DNA of 33,308 bases, taken from NCBI GenBank assembly GCA_964580415.1, contig CAZOMH010000001.1, positions 1-33,308 on the forward strand, read 5' to 3'. Every line of letters begins with the position of its first letter. Position 1 is the first letter of the stretch. Shown piece by piece: positions 16,780 through 23,781 of this stretch. Under the pieces are notes generated by a model. That model worked only from the letters and a program-made list of their open reading frames with translations, was not told where the DNA came from and made no database searches. A program made the position numbers and the translations under genes. This DNA comes from an uncultured Nitrospirales bacterium. GTDB lineage: Bacteria; Hydrogenedentota; Hydrogenedentia; Hydrogenedentales; CAITNO01.

Positions 16780-17312
16780 GATTGTTCCTCCAAAAGTGTG
16801 CGCAGTCTTTTGCGCGTGTAATGCAGCCGTGAGCGCACGGTCCCCTCGGGTATGCCGAGGATGCCGGCAATTTCGGTGGTGTCAAACCCCTCTTCATACC
16901 GCAGCGAAAGAATGGTCTGGTCGGGCGGACTGAGCCTCTCCATCGCCTCGCGCAGGCTGTCAAAGATTTCCGGGCCGTCCGCGGAGGCCTCCGCGAACTG
17001 CTCGGCATAGCCCTGAATGCCCCTGCGGCGGCGCTGTTCCCTGCGAATCCAGTCGCGGCATTTGTTGCTGACGATCCGGTAGGCCCACCCCGGAAACGCC
17101 GCCGGGTCCTGCAGTGACCCGATCCCGCGCCCAATGCCGATCCAGGAATCCTGCGTCACATCCCACGCCGCGTCCTCCTGCCCCGTGAGCCGGAATGCGT
17201 GATGCCAGAGCCGTTCCTGCCATCGCTCGAACAAACGGTCGAAGGCGTTTGCATCGCCTTCCCGGCAGCCCAGCACGAGGATTTGGTCGGATATTTGATC
17301 GCGGTACTTCAT
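16776..17312 (-). CDS. ECF (group 4) sigma-70 family RNA polymerase sigma factor (178 aa)
   Basis: Track ORF. Region 2 segment: FDRLFERWQERLWHHAFRLTGQEDAAWDVTQDSWI. Region 4 HTH: LSPPDQTILSLRYEEGFDTTEIAGILGIPEGTVRSRLHYTRKRL. Confidence 0.92.
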   Translation of the reverse strand: MKYRDQISDQILVLGCREGDANAFDRLFERWQERLWHHAFRLTGQEDAAWDVTQDSWIGIGRGIGSLQDPAAFPGWAYRIVSNKCRDWIRREQRRRRGIQGYAEQFAEASADGPEIFDSLREAMERLSPPDQTILSLRYEEGFDTTEIAGILGIPEGTVRSRLHYTRKRLRTLLEEQS

Positions 17313-17313
17313 G

Positions 17314-17346
17314 TTTTGCCCTTAATGTCGCACCACAAGGGCAAAA
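17314..17346 (-). promoter_or_regulatory. Perfect 10-bp hairpin whose 3' arm contains the only SD-like sequence of the ECF sigma gene
   Basis: On the minus-strand RNA: UUUUGCCCUU, 13-nt loop, AAGGGCAAAA, one C, then AUG (17312). The stems are at 17314-17323 and 17337-17346. Confidence 0.4.
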
Positions 17347-17414
17347 TGTTCAATCAGCCCCCCAAAGGTTCCCCGAATGGGTCCGCGGCATTCGGGATTC
17401 GTGCGCGTTTCCCC

Positions 17415-17449
17415 GGCCTGACCGGGCCTGCCCCAGACCCGGTCAGGCC
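17415..17449 (-). other. Perfect 12-bp GC-rich hairpin between the sigma-fusion gene and the ECF sigma gene
   Basis: GGCCTGACCGGG (17415-17426) pairs with CCCGGTCAGGCC (17438-17449) around an 11-nt loop, 16 nt after the stop at 17465. There is no U-tract on the minus strand. Confidence 0.6.
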
Positions 17450-17464
17450 AACCCCGTTTGGGGG

Positions 17465-20400
17465 TTACTCATCCGTCGCCCCGGGTGTGCTTGGGGCGCT
17501 GTCCACTGTTGGGGTTTCCGCCGCGACGGCTGCACCCGGCGTTTCGAAATTCACCTGTACCACCGTTTCCTCGTTCGCCAGCACCTGCGCCTCCACCACC
17601 TTTTCACAGACGGCGGGGCCGTATGCCTCCAGCGCTTTCATGCGCACGCGAAACTGAACAGAACCTGGAGGCAAGTAGCCAGCATGAAAGGCTTGCGCTT
17701 GCGAGCCCGCACCCACTGGGGCTTGAACCGTGACGCCGTTATCCGTCCGCCATTCTGCTTTCACGGTGTAGTCGTTCTGCAAGGTTGAGGCATCCGTGAC
17801 AGGCACGCCGTCCAACACGACATTGACCACCGCCGTTCCGGTTTCGCTTATCCTGCAGACCACCGTGGCGGGTGCGGTAACCGTTCCGCGCCAGATATGG
17901 GGACTGTTGAGCGTCTTGGAAACAAGCAGGTCGGATTCGGTGCCGGCGCCGCATTTCCCGCCGGAGAAACGGCCGGTCTCGTCGGTCGTCAACGTTTCTT
18001 CGCAGCACCGGACGGTGTAGCCCGCCAAGGGAGCGCCGTTGGCATCGACCACGGTTCCTTCCACCGTGGCGGCGGGTTGAAGAACGACTTCCACCGGGCA
18101 ATCATATTCGGGGCCGTCCAGACGTTTACTGAAGCGACCATACCCTTCTGCGATCACTATCAGCGTGGCAGGCGGTGCGAATGTCCCGGGGAGATCAAAC
18201 GCACCGGAAGCGTCCACCACGTCTTTCCCGCTTGCTGTGGAGGTCCACAGCGAAATGTTGTACGCCGTGACCGGCGCGCCGGAAGTGTCCACCACGCGTC
18301 CGTACAGGCGCCGCAACGAACGAAGTGTGAAGACCTGTTCTCCCTTGTCCAGCGGACAGTCATGGCTGTCTGCAGTGTATCCCTCGGCGTTGAAGCTGAG
18401 CTGTGCTTCAGTGCCGAAGGTTTCCAACGCCAGGCTGAACCGGCCGTTTCGGTCTGTCTTTACGGGAGTTGGCCCCACGCTGTAACAGTTCACATCGCAT
18501 TCCGGAATGGGCTGTCCCGCCTCGTTGATGACCGTGCCCGACACCGTGTACTTCTTGGGGGCCTCAAATTCCAGTCGAAGTCCCGTACGCTGTTCTCCCG
18601 GCTTCAGGGTGATCTTCTCCTTGTTCGTGAAGTTCCGGTTCTTGCCGCCGGTTTGGCCCAACGAGAACCAGTATTCTCCCGGAACCAGTCCGGTGAGGGA
18701 GAATTCCCCGTTGGGACCCACTGTGACCATCTGGTTTTCGTACAGAGAGGTCCCGTAATCACCCTTGGTCTCTTCGCAGTTGAGGCAAACCCCGCAATAC
18801 AGGCCCAAGCCCACCGGAGGTTCCCCATCCGTGATCACGACCACGCCCGACAGCGCGCCGTTGCATTGGTAGGACAGTTTCAGATTCGCCTCCGTGTCGC
18901 GCCCCGGAGCAAGTTCCACCATTTGCATGCCGCGCTGTCCGTCTTTCTCCGCCGTCAGCCGCACGGGCTGTTCCGTGCAGACACAGCGCACATCAAAACG
19001 CCCATCATCGCCGGTGCGGGTCAGCACCTCGGCATAGGCTCGCAACTCAATTCCGGCCAAGGGGGCACCGGTTGCGTCCGTCACGATGCCATGCAGGCGC
19101 GTACGGTCCACGCGCAGGTCCAACCGGGTCTCTCCTGTCTGTATGTCGGCGTTCCATTCCGGTTTTGCCGCCATGTTGGAATAGAGGCTGCCGGAGTTAT
19201 AAGTCCATGCACCCTTTCCGCCGGGCACCAATGGGCCGTGAACCTGCAATGGGTGTTTGCCCTTGGGCAGGTTGTCGAAGCGGTAACGGCCGTCGATGTC
19301 GGTCTCCACGGATGGCACCATGTATTCCAGGAAAGTGCTTACTTCAATCCCCGCCCACAGCGGCTCGCCCGTCTGTGCGTCCACGACCTGGCCGAATAGA
19401 ACCTTTGCCTGTTCCACGCGGATGGTGGTGGTGCTCTCTTTGCCTGCGGTCACGTCCACATTGACGGGTAGGGGCATGACCCAACCGGACTTCTCTGGCA
19501 ATTTGGCGCGGTACTGGGCTCCGGGCACGGCCTCCGCCAGAAACATCCCGTTCCGGTCCGTGGTGACGGTTTGTACGATACGCCCGTCGTTAAGGATCAT
19601 TTCCCGGCCCCACAGCATGCCCAGATGCCGGTAATTGCCCGTCAGGAAACGCAAGGTAACGCCCTCGGGGCCGCCGGTCATGCCATCGGCCACCACGCGG
19701 CCGCGAATCCGGCCGGGCGGCGGCAACTGAATGCGTATCCCCTCGCCGGTCCTCACATAGTCCGTGTAGCGGGGTAGGCCGCCGGGGATGGCCACGAAAT
19801 ACTTCACGCCCCCCTCCAGCATGCTGTCGAATCGGAAATGTCCCTCGGCATTGGTCTGCGCGCGGTTGGCGGCCCCTTCCGCATGGGACACCTCTTCGGG
19901 CGGAAGCAACTCATGCCCGGCCACATACAGAATCGCATTCGGCACGGGCGCGCCCGTTTCGTCCACCACCACGCCCGAACAGGGCGCGCAGGGAAACACC
20001 AGTTCCTTGCCGCCCGGGGGCGGAGCCACGCCGTTTTCAATGTGCAGTGTGCCGCCACCGCCGCCCAGGTCGCTCCAGGCCGCTATGGACCAGTCTCCGT
20101 CGGGCACGTGCTCAACCACGATATTTCCCTTGCCGTCCGCTTTGCCGTACCGTTTTTCGGTCTGTGCCGGGGGCATCTCATTGGGTGCCCAGGTAATCTT
20201 TTCCAACATCACATCGGCCTCGCCGACCATGCCGCCGAACATGCCCTCCAGCCTTCCACGGACCGTCACCCCGCCTTCCAGGGCGGGTTCCGCGTTCTGC
20301 GCAATGGCGTCGGCTGTGGTGGACTTCGCGGGAGTTGATGGGGCCTGCGGTTTGGCCGGCGTCTTTGGAAAGCGCTTGCGAAATTCGCTCTTTGCCATTG

Positions 20401-21202
20401 TCATGGGGATGCTCTTGAGCAGCACCATGTTGCGCTTCACAATGCCGGGCAGGAACGAATAGCCCACGCCGGCCACAAGGGTCAGCACGACCGCCGTGAT
20501 CAAAGCCTTCGCGGCAAAGCCCATTGAAGCCCCGGCCGCGGCACCCGTTCCGGTGCCGGCGGTAAAGCCCGAAACCGCGATCTTGCCCAGTGACGCGGCC
20601 AGCGCGGCCGGCACGGCCGGCGCCGCCACGGCGTGCTCCGTCAGCAGCAGCGTGAGTGCGGCGACGCTGCCCACGGTCACGCCTTTCTTGATCAACGAAC
20701 TGCGCACTTCCTCCACCCCCTGGTGGACGCGCTTTGTGATGGCCTGTCGCGAGAGTCCCGCGGCATTGGCCAGTTCGATGTGGGTTTTCCCCTCGAAGAA
20801 ATGGCCCACCACGGCCTGACGGAGTTCATCGGGAAGCAGCGCGACGGCCTCGTCCACAAGGCCGGATATGTCGTCCCAGCCAAACGCCGCCGCCTCCGAC
20901 GTGACCTCGCGGGCCAGTTCGGATTCATAACGGTTGCGCGTCTTGGTTTTGCGGTACCGGTCAATGGCCCGGTGTACCGCCGTGCGGTGCAGCCATGCAC
21001 CCAGCGGCGACTCGGGCACGCGCTCCAGTTGCGACAGGGCCAGGAAGGCGTCAAGCGCCGCCTCCTGCGCATCGGCATCGTTGCGCAGCACGCGCAAACA
21101 GGCCCCATAAACCAGTCCGGAATACTGGCGAAGAATGCCGTGAAAGGCTTCCTCGTCGTGGCGGCTAATCCACCGTGCCAGCATTGCATGTTCGTTTGTC
21201 AT
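17465..21202 (-). CDS. ECF-type sigma factor domain fused to a transmembrane region and about 900 aa of repeated carboxypeptidase-regulatory-like beta-sandwich domains (1245 aa)
   Basis: Track ORF 17465..21370 trimmed to ATG 21202 (GGGGAG upstream; MTNEHAMLARWISRHDEEAF...). The sigma part has region 2 (FHGILRQYSGLVYGACLRVL...AQEAALDAFL) and region 4 (LPDELRQAVVGHFFEGKTHIELANAAGLSRQAITKRVHQG). Hydrophobic segments follow (ALTLLLTEHAVAAPAV..., ALITAVVLTLVAGVGYSF). After that come about 9 repeats of the type xGxVVDxxGAPxxxAxV...TDxxGRFxF. Confidence 0.85.
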   Translation of the reverse strand: MTNEHAMLARWISRHDEEAFHGILRQYSGLVYGACLRVLRNDADAQEAALDAFLALSQLERVPESPLGAWLHRTAVHRAIDRYRKTKTRNRYESELAREVTSEAAAFGWDDISGLVDEAVALLPDELRQAVVGHFFEGKTHIELANAAGLSRQAITKRVHQGVEEVRSSLIKKGVTVGSVAALTLLLTEHAVAAPAVPAALAASLGKIAVSGFTAGTGTGAAAGASMGFAAKALITAVVLTLVAGVGYSFLPGIVKRNMVLLKSIPMTMAKSEFRKRFPKTPAKPQAPSTPAKSTTADAIAQNAEPALEGGVTVRGRLEGMFGGMVGEADVMLEKITWAPNEMPPAQTEKRYGKADGKGNIVVEHVPDGDWSIAAWSDLGGGGGTLHIENGVAPPPGGKELVFPCAPCSGVVVDETGAPVPNAILYVAGHELLPPEEVSHAEGAANRAQTNAEGHFRFDSMLEGGVKYFVAIPGGLPRYTDYVRTGEGIRIQLPPPGRIRGRVVADGMTGGPEGVTLRFLTGNYRHLGMLWGREMILNDGRIVQTVTTDRNGMFLAEAVPGAQYRAKLPEKSGWVMPLPVNVDVTAGKESTTTIRVEQAKVLFGQVVDAQTGEPLWAGIEVSTFLEYMVPSVETDIDGRYRFDNLPKGKHPLQVHGPLVPGGKGAWTYNSGSLYSNMAAKPEWNADIQTGETRLDLRVDRTRLHGIVTDATGAPLAGIELRAYAEVLTRTGDDGRFDVRCVCTEQPVRLTAEKDGQRGMQMVELAPGRDTEANLKLSYQCNGALSGVVVITDGEPPVGLGLYCGVCLNCEETKGDYGTSLYENQMVTVGPNGEFSLTGLVPGEYWFSLGQTGGKNRNFTNKEKITLKPGEQRTGLRLEFEAPKKYTVSGTVINEAGQPIPECDVNCYSVGPTPVKTDRNGRFSLALETFGTEAQLSFNAEGYTADSHDCPLDKGEQVFTLRSLRRLYGRVVDTSGAPVTAYNISLWTSTASGKDVVDASGAFDLPGTFAPPATLIVIAEGYGRFSKRLDGPEYDCPVEVVLQPAATVEGTVVDANGAPLAGYTVRCCEETLTTDETGRFSGGKCGAGTESDLLVSKTLNSPHIWRGTVTAPATVVCRISETGTAVVNVVLDGVPVTDASTLQNDYTVKAEWRTDNGVTVQAPVGAGSQAQAFHAGYLPPGSVQFRVRMKALEAYGPAVCEKVVEAQVLANEETVVQVNFETPGAAVAAETPTVDSAPSTPGATDE

Positions 21203-21461
21203 GGCGTCATCTCCCCGTGATTGTACTTGGGTGTGTTTTCCTGGTCCACCGTTAATACGCATGGCGCGGCATGTCGGCCACCGGGGGGGGGCAGGGCGGC
21301 GGAATTTGGACTGCGGCGGCAGAGCGCAGCGGCGACACCGCTTTGCTCCATGGAGGATGTGCGCTCGCAATGTCCCAATACTTGGTGTACGCTATGAACA
21401 ACTTCGCCGGCACCGGCGCGGCGTCCAATCAAGAAGGTGTTTCAACGAAAGGGATACCCGG

Positions 21462-23666
21462 ATGCTTTCGACCCTTGTTGTCATGGTTGCAGCCCTTGCC
21501 GCACCGGACCCGGCCACGCTCCAGAGTGATTTTGCAGACCCGCCCCTTTGCTGGAAATCGCGTCCGCTGTGGTTCTGGAACGCGCCGGTGAGCGACGAGC
21601 AGACCGCGGCGATCATGGAGGGATGCAGGGCCTCCGGCTATTACGGTTTCGGCATCCTGCCCACGGAGAAGGCCCCGGCCTTCATGGGCAGGGAGTATCT
21701 GGACGCCTACCAGTTTGCAGTGGACAAGGCTGCCGCGTTGGGCATGAAGATGTGCCTGTACGATGAGTTCTGGTTTCCCAGCGGCGGCGCGGGGGGGCAG
21801 TTGAAGGCGGCGCATCCCGGGGCGCTCGGCAAGCGGCTGGACAAGCTCGAAAAGGAAGTGACCGGTCCGAACGCCTTTTCAGAACCCCTGCCGGAGGGAC
21901 AGTTCATGGGGGCCGTGGCGATGAACAGCGCCACGAAGGAAATCATGGACATCGGCGGCGGCGTGCGCGACGGGGTGCTGGCCTGGGACGCGCCCGCCGG
22001 AACCTGGAAGGTGATGCTGTTCTCCTGCGTGGCCGACGGCGCCCGCGATCTGGTGGACTATCTTGATCCCGAAGCGGTGAAAGAGTTCACGAAGCTCACC
22101 TATCAAAAGTATTACGACCGTTTCCCAAACCATTTTGGCGGCACCATCGACAGCGCCTTCTATGACGAGCCGACGATGCACTGGGTCCAGGGCGGCCGCG
22201 CGTGGACCGGCGCGTTCAACGCGAAATTCGAGCAGAAATACGGTGACAGCCCGGTCCGGTACTACCCCGCCTTGTGGTACGACATCGGCGGCGGCACGGC
22301 CGCCGCGCGCAACGCGCTGTTCGGCTTCCGCGCGGAACTGTACGCAACAGGGTTCCCCAAGGTGGTGACCGACTGGTGCCGGGAACACAAGATCGCGCTC
22401 ACGGGCCACATGGACCAGGAGGAGATCGTCAATCCCACGGGGTTGTGCGGCGACCTTATGAAGAGCTTCCAGCACCAGGACATTCCGGGCATCGACGAGA
22501 TCTCCACCTATGGCCGCGGCTCCAAGGCCTACAAGGTGGTCAGTTCGGCCGCGTACAATTACGGCAAGCCGCGGGTGATGTGCGAGACCTACGGCGCCAT
22601 CAAGGACATGCCCGTGGCCACGCTGTACCGCGAGGCCATGGACCTGTTCGCCAAAGGCGTCAACATGATGATCCCCCACGCGGTGTGGTACGACGAGAAA
22701 CACATCACCTTCGAGCCCGAGTTGTCCCACCGCACCGAGCCCTACGCCTCGGCGCTGCCCGAATACAACAAATACATCGGCCGCCTGCAGCGCGTCATGC
22801 AGCAGGGGCGCCACGTGTCCGAGGTGGGCGTGCTCTATCCCATCGCCACACTTCAGGCCGGCTACTATTTTGACGGTCCCGCCAAGCCCTACGAGGGCGG
22901 TGTCATCCCCGAAGAGGCGGACTACATGGACATCGGCGAGGCGCTCGTCCTTCATGCGCGCCGCGACTATGTGTTCCTCCACCCCGACGTGCTGGACCGG
23001 AACTGCGTGCTCGACGGCCCGTGCCTGCGTCTCGACAACAACAGCGCCCATGAGGCGCTGCGGGTAATCGTGCTGCCGGGGGCCAAAGTTGTTCATGCAG
23101 GCAACCTTGCGGTCGTCAAACGCTTCTGGGAACTGGGCGGCAAGGTCATCGCCACCACCCAACTGCCGTTCAAGTCGGCAGAATTCGGCAAAGACGCGGA
23201 AGTGAAACAGGCGATTGCGGACATGTTCGGGGCCGAAGCCGCAGCCCCGGTGGAGGATTTTGCCAAACGCCCCGACCGCAGTCTGCGCCATGCCAACGCC
23301 GCGGGCGGCGTGGCCTGCTTCATCGAAAGGCCCACCCCCGAACGGGTCCGTGCCGTCTTGCAGGCACTGGTGCCCGTGCCGGACCTGTCATTTGAAGGCA
23401 ATCCGGCCGTAAAGGGCGGCAACCTGTCCTACATCCACAAGGTTCTGGACGGGCGCGAGGTCTATTTCCTGGCAAACTCCTCCGACACCGGTTTTGAAAC
23501 GGCAGTGCATATTCGCGGCGCGTCCGGGTTCGAACTTTGGGACCCCCACACAGGCACCATTGCCGAATGCATGCAGACCCACGCCACCGACACGGACAGC
23601 CCCGTAACCATTGTTCCGCTGCACTTCCCGCCGGTCCACTCCGTTTTCCTCGTGTCCAAACAGTAG
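21462..23666 (+). CDS. Putative secreted glycoside hydrolase (GH106-like / glycosyl-hydrolase-like with C-terminal jelly-roll); family assignment tentative
   Basis: Track ORF 21201..23666 trimmed to ATG 21462 (MLSTLVVMVAALAA, signal-like). The N-terminal FADPPLCWKSRPLWFWNAP segment, the about 735-aa length and the overall pattern resemble proteins I recall annotated as glycosyl hydrolases. This is from memory, not from a search. Confidence 0.6.
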   Translation: MLSTLVVMVAALAAPDPATLQSDFADPPLCWKSRPLWFWNAPVSDEQTAAIMEGCRASGYYGFGILPTEKAPAFMGREYLDAYQFAVDKAAALGMKMCLYDEFWFPSGGAGGQLKAAHPGALGKRLDKLEKEVTGPNAFSEPLPEGQFMGAVAMNSATKEIMDIGGGVRDGVLAWDAPAGTWKVMLFSCVADGARDLVDYLDPEAVKEFTKLTYQKYYDRFPNHFGGTIDSAFYDEPTMHWVQGGRAWTGAFNAKFEQKYGDSPVRYYPALWYDIGGGTAAARNALFGFRAELYATGFPKVVTDWCREHKIALTGHMDQEEIVNPTGLCGDLMKSFQHQDIPGIDEISTYGRGSKAYKVVSSAAYNYGKPRVMCETYGAIKDMPVATLYREAMDLFAKGVNMMIPHAVWYDEKHITFEPELSHRTEPYASALPEYNKYIGRLQRVMQQGRHVSEVGVLYPIATLQAGYYFDGPAKPYEGGVIPEEADYMDIGEALVLHARRDYVFLHPDVLDRNCVLDGPCLRLDNNSAHEALRVIVLPGAKVVHAGNLAVVKRFWELGGKVIATTQLPFKSAEFGKDAEVKQAIADMFGAEAAAPVEDFAKRPDRSLRHANAAGGVACFIERPTPERVRAVLQALVPVPDLSFEGNPAVKGGNLSYIHKVLDGREVYFLANSSDTGFETAVHIRGASGFELWDPHTGTIAECMQTHATDTDSPVTIVPLHFPPVHSVFLVSKQ

Positions 23667-23683
23667 AATGCAGGGCGTGTGAA

Positions 23684-23700
23684 GTGCCGCGAAGCGGCAC
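23684..23700 (+). terminator. Short hairpin after the glycoside hydrolase gene (weak terminator candidate)
   Basis: GTGCCGC-gaa-GCGGCAC, a perfect 7-bp stem 18 nt after the stop codon. No T-tract follows. Confidence 0.25.
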
Positions 23701-23728
23701 GGAACGCACCGTCCGAGTGCGCTTGACG

Positions 23729-23757
23729 TTGATTGGATTTCCGTGGCGCGATACAAT
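23729..23757 (+). promoter_or_regulatory. Putative sigma70-type promoter of the mcrBC-like operon
   Basis: TTGATT (23729-23734), 17-nt spacer, TACAAT (23752-23757). The SD AAGGGGG (23771-23777) and ATG 23782 follow. Confidence 0.5.
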
Positions 23758-23781
23758 CCATTCACTCAGAAAGGGGGCGCT

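Noticed and set aside
17897-19399. Plus-strand ORF of 500 aa inside the sigma-fusion gene, plus similar ORFs 21879..23291, 29267..30892, 31351..32214 and 32236..33222 (all minus strand, opposite the glycoside hydrolase, GH57 and ptsI genes)
   Set aside because: All lie antisense to genes with strong family signatures, all are R/G/H/V-rich, and none has an SD or motif.
23723-23757. TTGACG at 23723-23728 as the -35 element for the mcrB promoter
   Set aside because: Its spacer to TACAAT would be 23 nt. The overlapping TTGATT (23729-23734) gives the canonical 17 nt.
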